Below, piece by piece: positions 22,226-34,300 of a stretch of DNA of 64,000 nt (position 1 is its first letter; each line of letters begins with the position of its first letter). The stretch lies in NCBI GenBank assembly GCA_977862235.1, contig OZ374557.1, positions 992,001-1,056,000 on the forward strand. Direction: 5' to 3'. The DNA is from Dudresnaya verticillata (Eukaryota). A model generated the notes under the pieces. It saw only the letters and a list, made by a program, of their open reading frames with translations, was not told where the DNA came from and made no database searches. A program made the position numbers and the translations under genes.

Positions 22226-25200
22226 GAGGAGGCATAACGACGCATGCCCCCTCCCCAAATATGCGCCTTCCAGAACCGGTGTTACGACCCGATATCGTGG
22301 ATAACCAGGAGAGTGATGACTATGATGAAGTATGTTTACTTAAGAAGCAAAAATACAAAGTGGATCTATCGTTAGGGGTCTGGTCGTCTCAGATGATATC
22401 CGCAAGGGGCGTGATTGATTCTGGCGCCGGACCCAATCTGGTTGATGTTAAAATGTTACCTAATGGTTGGGAAAAGCGAGCCAAACCCTATAAGGAAACC
22501 ACGCGTAGCATCGTCGACGCTTCTAATAATCGAATATTACCTCTAGGAGTCATCCCCTTATATATCCGTGTCGGTAATCTCTATACGAAGACCCATTTTC
22601 TGGTTGTGGCTAATATGCCTGCCGAAGTTATACTTGGAACAGCCTTCATAGATCGACATGTCACAGCCATCATGCCGGGACCCCGAAGGTTACTCTTGAA
22701 GGATGCCCCAGCAGTACCTATCCTCGGTGTTTCCATGGGAGGGGTTACTGTTCCCGGCGCTACACAACCAACAGTTTCTACCAAAGTGAGAATAGCCAAA
22801 GACTGGGTCATACCTCCTAGGTCACGTTCGTTCGTGCCGGTGAGAACCAGCGCCTCTGGATTATGCCTGGTTCATAATACCCCGCGGTCACTACACAAGT
22901 CGTTAACCATTATGGCAAACGGGATCAGGGATGTTCTTCCGATGGAAGTTTTTCCTGTGCTAATGACCAATTTTGGTGATCGCCCTGCTCGCTTGAACAA
23001 GACTCAAGTAGTAGGCCATGTGTTACCAAGACCGGATCAGGTTTTGAGTATTGGAACTCTACAATAAGATCCCCGGTCGGATACCCCGGGGGAGAACTCA
23101 AAAGCGGAATCCGGTTGGGAAGACACTGTCCATATAGGTGTCGAAGACAGTGCTACTCGATCCCAAATAATGGAAAGGCTTCAAGAGTATCAAGAAATGT
23201 GGTCAGGCCAACTGGGGACCATTAAGGCCACTCAGCACAGGGTTGAGTTGATGGAAGGGGGAAAACCCATCTATCAACACCCTTACAGAGCTGACCCTAA
23301 AGCTCGAGAAGCCGAAAAGGCGGAAGTACAACGAATGTTACGCGAAGGCGTTATTGAACCCTCTGGGGCAGAATGGGCCAGTCCTGTAGTCCTTGTGTCC
23401 AAACCTGATGGGTCTCTGCGTTTTTGCGTCGACTATCGTCGACTTAATAGTATTACTCGACGAGATTCATATCCGTTACCTCCAATGGACGAATGTATCG
23501 ACTCACTGGGAGATGCTAAGGTATTTACGACGCTCGACTGTAATAGTGACTATTGGCAAGTTGAAGTCGATCCCGACGATCGCGATAAGACGACGTTCAC
23601 CTGCCACGAAGGGTTATACCGTTTTATCAGGATGCCATTTGGTCTCAAGAATGCGCCCGCCACATTCCAACGGACAGTCGACATTATGCTATCTCGATGC
23701 AAGTGGCAATACGCTTTGGTTTACCTCGACGACGTTATCGTGTACTCTCGGAGTATTAATGACCACTTCAACCATTTAGGTACTGTGCTTGATCTACTAA
23801 GAACCGCTGGGGTTTCTCTTAAGTTGTCTAAGTGTAAGTTCTTCGAAGCGTCCGTCGATTACCTCGGCCATATCATACGCCCAGGAAAGCTTGAAGTCGC
23901 CTCCAAGAACGTTACCGCACTAGGCCAGGCGAAACCTACCACGGATCAAACCGAGTTAAGGTCATTTCTTGGAGTATGTAACGTCTATCGACGTTTCGTC
24001 CCCAATTATGCACGAATTGCGTCTCCCCTCTCCAGGAAACTTCGCAAGGATCAACCCTTCACTTTTGAGTCACTCACAGAGGATGAGTACGACGCCTTCG
24101 ACGAACTCCGGCGTCGTCTTTTAACGGCACCCATATTGGCGTTACCTCGAAAGGGATTCCGTTATTATGTTGATACCGATGCGTGCGACCTTCAGGTTGG
24201 CTGTTGCTTACTTCAAGAAACAGAACAAGGGGATAAGCTGCCTATTGGTTATTGGAGTCGCACTCTTAATTCCGCCGAGCGTAATTATTCGGCCACCGAA
24301 CGGGAATGTCTCGCCGTTGTATGGAGTCCTTTAACACTCCGACCTTACCTTGAAGGTGACCGCTTTACGGTTAGAACCGACCACGAACCTCTTCAGTGGT
24401 TGTTAAACCTCTCGGATGCATCGGATCGCCTAGCACGTTGGCGATTAAGACTCTCGGAGTTCGACTTCCTAGTCACCTACAATCCTGGAAGGGAACATCA
24501 TTTGGCGGACACCATGTCACGGCTTTCGACTATAGGGAGTGACCAAACACCATTAGATGATGACATCCCCTGTTTTACCCTCGCGGTTGAAAATAGCACC
24601 CCGCTTCAGCTTAATTTACCTACCGTCCGTGACTTGGCAAACCAAAAAGGTTTACCCCGTCAGGTTAGTAAGCAAGAACTCCTCGGGGCACAATAAAGGG
24701 ATGAGTACTGCCAAAAGATGGCTAACCAAGTTGGTATCGCTGGCTCTCAATTTCAGTGGGACCATAATGGTTTTCTAATCCGCCAAGCGACACTCAATGG
24801 AGCACTTCAGATAGTGGTGCCAAAGTCCCTGCGTCCCCGCATCCTATACTTAGCCCACTATCCTCTCCTTTCTGGACACCCTGGTGGTTCAAGAATGTAT
24901 TATACCCTCCGGCGACAGTTTTATTGGCCGTATATGGCTAATGACGCATATGCCGTTATGGGTGACTGTACTAAGTGTGTCCAAAATCAGGGTACCTTAC
25001 GGAAACATCAGAACTACCTTAAGCTATTTCCCGCCGCTGGGCCACTGGAATTCCTTGCTATGGATCTCGCGGGGCCTTTTCCAAAAACAGAACACGGCAA
25101 CCGTTTCGTCTTGGTTATTACCGATCGGTTTTCTAAGCTTACACGCGCCATACCTTTACGGAATACCAATGCCCGCACGGTTGCGCAAGCTTTTCTGGAC

Positions 25201-26200
25201 CACTGGGTCTACCCTTACGGTGTTCCGTTATATGTGCTTTCCGATAATGGTCCACAGTTCGTGTCAAAGTTCTTTGCCACGATCTGCCAAACCCTGGGGT
25301 TACGGCAGCTATTCACAACCGCTTACCACCCCCAGACCAATGGACAGGTCGAACGGTTCAATAAGACTCTCGTCCAGCGGTTACGTCATTACGTCGCAGA
25401 TCATCAGCGTGACTGGGACAGTTACGTGCATCTGCTTACCTATGCGTATAACCTTCAGGTTCACCGCTCTACGGGTACCTCACCCTTCGATCTCGTCCTA
25501 TCCCGGCAACCTTCGGTTATACCTCTACAGGGTTCTCCCACAACGGGCTTTACCAATCAGTTGGATTCTCAACTCACCGCTGCTTCTGTTAAGCTTTTAA
25601 CCATTCAGAAACTTCGACAGGCTATTGCTACCGCTAAGGTCACCATCACGGCTGCCCAACAACGTTACAAATCTGCCTTTGACACCTCCGTGGCACGGCC
25701 CTTCTCGGTTACTGTTGGTGATTGGGTCTACCTCGATCGCCCTAAGTTCACTAAACGCCAAGTGGGTGAACTACAGGCATCTCTCGTGGACCCCGTTGAG
25801 GAACAGAACCTTTCGAGGAAACTTTTGCCCAAAGCGACCGGACCCTTTTTGGTTACCGCCGTTCATGCCAGCCATACGGTTACTATTACGTAATATGGGC
25901 TTTTTAATACCGTTTCACAAGACCGCATTTCGGTTGACCCTCATCGTGGTCCCCGCGCCCCTCTGGACGACCCTGAGCTTACTCAGGATCCCCCATCGGC
26001 TCCTCCGCCGCCTACGGCGACCGCCCACTCGGATTACTATACAGTTGACCATTTGGTTAAGCACCGTGTCACTGACCGTGGGTACCAATATAAGGTTCGC
26101 TGGTATGGTTAAGCCCCTAACGACGATACTTGGGAGCCACCCGCGCACATCCCTCTCAATTTTGTGTTACGCTACTGGCGCCGGCTTGACAAGACGCCAC
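22213..26200 (+). pseudogene. pol: C pol: protease, RT, RNase H, integrase, chromodomain (several in-frame stops)
   Basis: IDSGA; RFCVDYR, YLDD; TDACD; HPG..CTKC, MDLAGP, SDNG, QVERFN; ATGPF; YKVRWYG..DTWEP. Stops at 23065, 24694, 25891 and 26110. Confidence 0.95.
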
Positions 26201-26836
26201 CGCCTGGAGCTGGGGGTGTGGACTTCGTGCATTTTCGCAGGCTTCATGGGCTTTCGCGGACTCCAAAGTATCTCGTGAAGCGTCACTTAGGGAGTTAGCG
26301 TCACCCAATCAAAAGGTCTCGCGACGGCGTTATCTCCTAGAGTCAAAATGGAACAGCACCAAGTCTCTCTCCCTTCACTTTCTCTATTTATTTTACGCTA
26401 CTTACCTACAGTACTACTGTACTCTCATAGAAACCAAGACAAAGGAGAACCACTCAGGGAGATATGACACAAGACACAAGATGTTTATTGGACACTCTTC
26501 AGATCACCCTTGAGGTTCATCTATTAGGAATACCTACTGGTAACGGGAACGTTTCTCAGCCAACTCCTCGACGTCAGCGGAACGTGAAGACGCACAGCGA
26601 CGGGGCTGAAAAGGGGAAGCCCGACGAGTCGCCGCAGGCGTAGTAACTACAGGAGTCGCCTCGCGCAACGCCACCCGACTCCCTGATACCACGGGAGAAG
26701 CCCTACTGGTAGCAACCCCGGTAGAAAGGGGCTACGTTACCTTATAGGTCGAGGGGCCAGCGGGAGTCTCCTTAGGCTGTCCCCCCATAACCACGTTGGT
26801 AAGGTCCGCAGGGGCAGCGGATTGCTGTTCAGCTCC

Positions 26837-28638
26837 CTAAGTCCGCCCCGGCGATACCAGAGCCAAAGGGTCACCCGGTTGGTAGTTCACCACTTGATCA
26901 AGGGAGCTGGCCGCGCCACGGGCTATAGTCACCGGCTGGAGATCGCTCTTGCGCAATACCTCTCGGGTGAACTTATTGCAAGAAGTAACAAAACTCGTGG
27001 CGTTCTGTGGCATCGCAGCCGCCATACTTGCAAGAGACGCCCTGAGGGTTGCTCCTTCGGTTCCCAAACGGTCCATTGTCGCCATGTAGATACCCCGCTG
27101 GTTCACTTGAAAGTTTCCCATCTGGGCCACCTCCCGGAGTAAGCAAGTCAGGAGTGCCTCCTTCGACACACACTCCCGAGCGGCATCCAGAGCATCCTCT
27201 AAGGTAGCCGGCACCGGAATTTTCGCAGCGCGACACGCCTCTTGAAGTCGCCCAACCCGAAGGTGAACCGAGGCCGGTAGAGTCGCTACGGATGGGACCG
27301 TCGTTGTACCCGAGGGACCACTCGGTGAGACCAATGGGTTAGCGCGCTGAGTCGCGGCCTCAGGAGTTACCGTCGGGGGTCTGCCCATGGAGGTTGCTCG
27401 CGCGGGTGTCGCCGGACGCGCCTCACGCATTTGTGTTACTGTCCCCGGTGCCGCCTGTGGCTTTGGTGTCCCTGGACGCGCCCCAATGCCTCGGCGCTCG
27501 GTCCCCACTGGAATCGCATGTCCTGGCACCGCACGTGTCCTGTCGGGGTAACCACTATAGGTTGGCGCCTCCTCTTCTTCTACCACTTGGTTCCTCTCAG
27601 AGTTCGGCCCCATGTGGCCCCAGCCCCGACCTATACCCTCTTCCTCCTCAAAGGAGTAAAGCGGCGGACCAGGACGGTCATCAACGTTGTGTCGCCTACC
27701 AAATCGGCCCACCGCTTCGGAAACCTCGGCATCATATGCGACCCAAACCTCGCCGGCGTTCCACTTGAAGGTCTCCGATGCGGTTAACAGTCCCGCCAAG
27801 TCACCACCTGAAAAGGTACTACCTCCACAAATGAGGTCAACCCCAAGGGTGCGGATTGACTCAATGAGTGTCTTGGACAAGCGGAAGAGGCGACCATCCG
27901 GTAGACCATCTTGGGCATGGTAACCAGCTTCGGTGTAGGGCGTTGAGTCCCACATACCAAAATAGGCTGCCTGAAGAAAGGCCAGCGCTACGTGGAGTAC
28001 CTGCTCGGTTTTGGCGATTGACCACACTGGGTAATACCACCTCACCGAACTGTCACGCACATGGGCACCGAAGTACGCCAACACTCCCGGAGTTAACGAC
28101 GGCAATGAGCGCGGACCCTCGATGGCGTGCCACCAGCTGGGTTTCCTCACGTAGTGATCCCGACGCCGACCCATGGGGATATTCCACATTTCAACATTGT
28201 GAAACCCCGCTAGGAGACCATCGGTACGGTTGCGAATACGAGTCTCCGTCCAGATATCCACTGCCCACCGCTCGGTTAACCACCAAAGTTCGGGAAAAGG
28301 CTTCGACTCCAGGAGTGACTGGGGAAATAACTTGATTTCGTTCACCCACTGGTTACCCTCAAGGAAGCGGTAGAGCGAGGGGATGTAGTCTTCTTCAAAC
28401 CCGACACGCAGCCACTTGAGGTCACTACGGTAGTGATTCGGAATAAGGACGCTCGGCGGACAGTGACCCAACGCGCAACCCACTGGTTCTCGCGCTTACC
28501 CTCGGGGATCGCCCGGAAGCGGTAGGTGTCCGGATGGGTGTCCACGAGGTAACCTTGGAGTGGAAACTGCTCCAGCACCTCCTGATTGGAAAACGCCGAC
28601 AAACCGCCGTGGCTACCTATGGGGGAAGACTGGGCCAT
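26837..28638 (-). CDS. Antisense accessory ORF of element C, unknown function (~600 codons, one frameshift ~28475)
   Basis: 548-codon open frame plus an upstream frame from ATG 28638 (MAQSSPIG..). Trp/Tyr-rich globular-looking N-terminal half, P/A/T linker, helical-looking C-terminus. Lies between pol and the 3' LTR. Confidence 0.65.
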
Positions 28639-29984
28639 CGCGGCGTAGTAACGTCCGCGGCTTACGCAAGGCGTGACTGCAAAAAGACCACGTCGGGGTT
28701 GGAGAGACGACGACGACGGGGTGGTGAACGGCGTGGTGTTGGTTGCGGTTGACGTGGGACCATGTTGGAAAACCCTTTGAGGTAATGCTGCTGCGGAAGA
28801 GAAGTACTGCTGCACGCGGGATCGATTGCCGGCCGACGACGGTCATGGGCGTCGAGCCGTCTGGATACCAAACGGTTATGATTTCGCGCGAAACACGTGC
28901 AGTCTGCCCTGGCGTCCCGAGGACAGGCCGCAATCTCGGGGGGAGCTCTGTAATACAGTGAAGGGCTTACAAAAATGGGCCCTCTGCACCCGTGTATGCG
29001 CGGAAATAGCGTTACCTATAGGGCGCCAGCAGGGACAAGATGGGTAGTCTATGATTGGTCCAAGTGTCACCCTGCAGGTCAGTAGCTTAGTATCTGCCTA
29101 TTTATTTTAGAAATTATAGCTTAGGATAGGGGCGTGTATATAGCCCAGTATGAGGGGTGCTGCCTGACAGTCGGAGTACCATATAAGGGTATCTCCCGTA
29201 GCGGTCACTGAACAGTAAAGGTAAGCACCTTCCGGCCCCAACTACGTCTCCAAGCTATCGGCACCGCAGCACACTTGTCACTCGTGCCCGGTTAACCACC
29301 CGCCCAGTGAACTACCTTCAGTATCGTGCTTCCAATCAGGTTACGTGCCCTCGTCTACCCTCTGGGTTCCTCCCGCTCTCCAACCGCTACCAGGTACCCG
29401 CTCTGTGGCTTTCTCATTGAGTGCACTCTTTGAGGTCACAAGAGACCTAAAAGGAACTTCCTCACACACTCTTAGAGAGTGTTGCTCTCACCGCAGCGGA
29501 ATAAGTTTCCCCAACGGTCTGCTCGAACGCGCAGTCGATTACGCTCCCATATCCACAATGGACAATTCGTACTCCGATCGGATGACGGTACTTCACACCC
29601 GCTACCTCCTGACGGAAGTTGTTCCGACTTGGGTAGCGAGAAGTTGGGGGGCTAGGTACCCCACAAACCGTCGCAGGCGGCGTGTTTCAGGAATCCGTAG
29701 CGGTTACAGGCGAATACCTTCACCCCTGCCCTTATGAGACACACCACGAACCTCTCCCTCTTGAGATGAACCCAACCCGCGACGGTGTTAATATATTATT
29801 TTCAATATAATAATATATTGAAAATATTAATATTAACATCACTATTAATATATACCCCGGGACTCTGAGAAGAATAATGAGACTGAGGAGTTTTCCTGTA
29901 CTGTCGCGGAAGGGGCCGTTCTTGGCCCAAACGTGCTGGGGCGGCCGCCCATCGCAAGAAAAAGGCGTGCCCCTCCCAGAATGG

Positions 29985-32900
29985 CTACGACGAACACCGT
30001 AACGGCTCTGTCGAGGTGTCCAGAGCGCGTTCCGTGACGGAATAGTGCCGCGGAAGCGGTGAAACCTCGGCGGATTCGTAGGTGTCCTGATCCGGAGGGT
30101 AGCCGTACCAGCGGACTTTGTACGTCATCCCAGTCGGTTCGTCACGGTGACCGACAATCTTGTCGATCACATATTCCGTATCGGCTTGCAGTGGTTCCGT
30201 CGCGGAGTAGTACCTTCTGATTGAGGGACTACTGTAGTACCTTCTGGATTTGGCACTACTTCTCCGTAGACGGTTGATGGCGTGACAGGCGGCATTATCA
30301 AGGGTGCCGGCTGAACCGCAACTCCGATCGGAAACTTCGTGATGCGATCGGTACTTACTGGGATCAATACCCCTTCCTTGCGGATTGTAACGACATGTTC
30401 CGTTGCGGATTCCACTTCATAAGGCCCCGTGGCTCTCGGAAGGAGTTTCTTCATTTCTTGAGCCACCTCGCCCACATCATCCGGTTTGCCTTCCAATCGG
30501 TCCCGCTCACGGCGTTCGGCAGGCCGCAAGTTATGGGGCGGCCGGTCGACATAGACTTGATCTCCGCTACGGATTATGGCCCTAAAGCGCACCTTACGGT
30601 CAAACAGTGCCTTGGCCTTTTGTTGAGCCACCGTCTGCTTAGTGTGCGCTGTCTGGAGCGCATACCGTAAACGGCGCATGGTGCTCCGCTTCTTTAGCAC
30701 CAGGGTCATACGCCCTTCCGTAACGGCTTCTTGATGCTCGACAGGAGCCCCTCGTACAACAATACCCGATGGGTGGCGTGTCAGCACCAAATCAAATGGC
30801 GTTGTTTCCGTAATACGGTGTACCTGCATCTTGTACGCATATGTCAACAGTTGCAGGTACAAATCCCAATCGGAGTGATGATCCTCAACGTAATGGCGCA
30901 AACGTTGGGCGATTGTCTTATAAAATCGCTCAGCTTGCCCACTTGTCTGCGGATGGTAGGCAGCGGTGAGCAGGTGCCTGACTCCGAGTAAGGAACACAC
31001 TGCGTCAAAGGACTTAGCAGTAAACTGCGGTCCGTTATCGGTTAGGACAAATTGGGGTGCGCCATACGCATACACCCAAAAGTCCAGGAAGGCGTTAGCC
31101 ACCACAACGGCTGTTGTTGTCCGTAACGGAATACAGCGCGTCAGCTTAGAGAACCGATCGGTTATTACTAGAACGTGGACATAACCCCGTTTTGTCTTCG
31201 GAAGTGGCCCGAGAATGTCGATAGCGACAAACTCCAAAGGTCCGCTAGCGGGGAAACTTTTCATAAATCTTTGATTCCGAAAGCGGGTTCCCTTTGTCTT
31301 CACGCAGGAGCGACATGTCCGAACGGATTCAAATACATCGTTGGCCATATAAGGCCAATAATAATCCTGTCGGAGTGTATAATACATCTTAATTCCGCCT
31401 GGGTGACCCGACATCAGGGTGTAGTGGGATAAATACAATACCCGTCCACGGAGCTCGCTTGGCACCACCTTCTGCAGAGCACCATCCAATTGGGACTTGC
31501 GTACCAAGAATCCGTTACGGTCATAGTCAAACTGTGATCCAGGGGAGCCTACCGTATCGGCTTTGAGACGGCAGAAAGGGTCTCTGGCTTGCGCTTCAAG
31601 GAACGCCTCCCTGGTAATTGTCTCATCCTTAACGTCGGATTCTTGAATTACAGTAAACCGTGACGGTATTGCGTCGGGCTTGTCAGGGGAGGCGGATGCA
31701 CTCCCACTGGCGGGCGCCACGGCGCATATTACGTTATTTTCCGTATCGGTTTCTTGTGATGTAGCCCAATCGGTTAAATAAACTCCATGCTCATATAATC
31801 TGTCGACGGTGTTTTCGGCGACAAAGCAAGGTATTTCTTCATCCAAAGGTCTATCGTCACCGCCATCCGTTCGGAGTCGCGACATCCCATCGGCGAGTTG
31901 ATGCTTAATTACAGGACGGTATTGCACCTCGAATTCAAATTCCGATAGGCGGAGCCTCCACCTGGCTAGGTGGCCAGATGAGTCTGCGAGGTTCGGGATC
32001 CACCGCAGGGCATCGTGATCCGTTCGGAGAATAAACTTATCACCGTAAAGGTAAGCTCGGAGTGTTAACATGCTCCAGACCACGGCTAAGCATTCCTTTT
32101 CGGTTGTCGTATAAGTTTTCTCCGCATCGGTGAGGCTTCTGCTCCAGTATCCAATAGGGAAGTGGTCGCCATTCGGTTGTTCCTGCAGAAGGACACAGCC
32201 GACTTGATGGTCACATGCGTCAGTGTCCAACGTATATTTATATCCGTGACGGGGTAGAGCCAATATAGGTGGAGAGATAAGGCGTCTCTTCAGTTCCTCG
32301 AAGGCTTCATATTCCGTATCGGATAATATTCCAAACTCAAAGGGTGAGCCCTTGCCGGGTTTCTTATTTAGCGGTGCTGAAATCCGAGAGAAGTTGGGTA
32401 CAAAGCGACGATACACGTTGCACATTCCCAAGAAGGATCGCAATTCCGTTTGGTTAGCCGGCGGCTTCGCGACCTTAATGGATTGGATATTCCGATTATC
32501 CACTTCTAATTTTCCGGGACGGATAACATGCCCCAGGTATTGTACAGACGCGTTGAAGAAGTCACACTTTGACAATTTCAACGTTACCCCAGCGGATCGT
32601 AAAAGTGTAAGGACTTCCTTCAGGTGGTGGAAATGTTCTGTAACGGTTTTTGAGTAGACAATTACATCGTCTAGGTAGACGAGGGCAAATTGCCATTTAA
32701 CCGTAGAAAGGATTATATCCACTGCCCGTTGGAAGGTTGCCGGTGCATTTTTCAATCCGAATGGCATTCTCCGACAATGGTATAAGCCAAAATGGCTAGT
32801 GAAGGTAGTTTTGTCCCTTTCCTCTTCCGGAATCTCGACTTGACAATATCCGCTATTGCAATCCAGGGTGGTAAATACAGTAGCTTCCCCAAGGGAATCC

Positions 32901-34300
32901 ATGCACTCATCCATCCTGGGCAAGGGATATGAGTCCCTAACCGTTACGGAATTGAGACTTCTATAGTCCACACAGAACCGCATGGTGCCGTCCTTTTTTA
33001 GAACGAAAACCACGGGGCTGGCTCACTCCGATGAGGCTGGTTCAATTACCTTAGCGGAAAGAATGCGGTCGATCTCTGTCTTTTCGAAATCTCGCTGCTT
33101 ATGTCCGGCACGGTATGGGGCTTGATATACTGGCTTCGCTCCGGACGTTAACTCGATGCGGTGCTTGGTAGCTGTAACGTTGCCAAGATCGCCACTCCAC
33201 ATCGACTTATATTCCTCGAGTAGGGTTAAAATCCAATTACGGAGCGATGCTTCTTCTGTGCCGATCTGGACTTGATCCTTCCAGTCGGTAGTATTTGTAT
33301 TTTCCGTTACGGGTTTGCTTACTTCCTCGTCGTGAGGGGAGATGCTGCTGGCGTTTTCGGAGGTAGGGTGAGAATTAAATGATTAAATAATTCCTCCCCC
33401 CTCCTTAAATGGAGGTATACCGTCAACGGTAAAAATAGCAGAAGGGGCAGCAGTAGCAAGGCCCATGACAGTAGATTTGGGCAACCGTACTGGCTTGTTA
33501 GAAAAATTAGAGACCCAGATCCGAGACGGTTTGTTAGGTACAACATCCATAATACCATTAGCCATTAACGTAAGGTGCTTAAAAGCCGGCTTAGGATGAT
33601 TTTGTAGAATGCATAACCCACCCGTGGGGGTATTAACCGTTACGGAGGTTTGAGTCATAGGGGGAATAAGGGTAGATCTTGCTAAACGAATTTTCTGAGA
33701 AACCGTAGCGGCGGATAGAGATGAGGGCTGTAGGGTTGCGGCGTTACCCGTCTTCGGATTTTTGGCTTGACCAACAAGGGATACCGGTGGGTAATGATGA
33801 AAAACAACTTTCCGTAACGGAGGGAGGATTGCCTTCACGTAGCGGTCGATGAAGGTAGTTCCCAAAATACAGGGAGCCGCCAAGTTCGCGACCACTAGAA
33901 AATGGACGCGAACACGGAGCTCTCCGATACGGACGAAAAGTTGGATCTGACCAAGAGGGCGTATAGCGCGATTAGACGCATCCCGTAATGGAGGACTGGC
34001 TGCTGGGCGTATGAGTGGGAGCCATTGCCACGGAAGGCGCCTGGTACTAATGAGATTGGGCCCAGCGCCAGAGTCCAAGACGGAGATTAAAGGAAGCATC
34101 ACGCTATCTGTCCGTCCCACGGTAATTTGCATCTTGTAATTTTGATGTTGCATAAAGCAGGTAGTATCATTGGTCTGATAAGCCAATGGGAGTTCCGTAA
34201 CGGTATCTCGCCGATCCCCTGGCGGGTCCACACTCGAGAGAGGTGGAACGCCGTGAGGCGGGGATGGCGGCGCCCTTACGCATCCCCCTTTGAGTTTTCC
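29985..34300 (-). pseudogene. pol: A2 pol (stops ~33383 and ~33022; chromodomain truncated by deletion)
   Basis: 948-aa RT-RH-IN frame 30167-33013 and protease frame 33383-34231, near-identical to A1. Confidence 0.95.

Larger units (their letters stand above)
19577..29466 (+). mobile_element. Element C: full-length chromodomain Ty3/Gypsy with antisense extra ORF
   Basis: LTRs 19577-20093 and 28949-29466 (about 10 differences by eye). PBS 20096-20113, PPT GGGGGGAG before 28949. TSD CCCTC/CACTC (one mismatch). The flanks rejoin A-family sequence. Confidence 0.95.

Noticed and set aside
26837..28638. Extra ORF of C as an env gene
   Set aside because: It is antisense, and no signal peptide or clear transmembrane anchor is visible.
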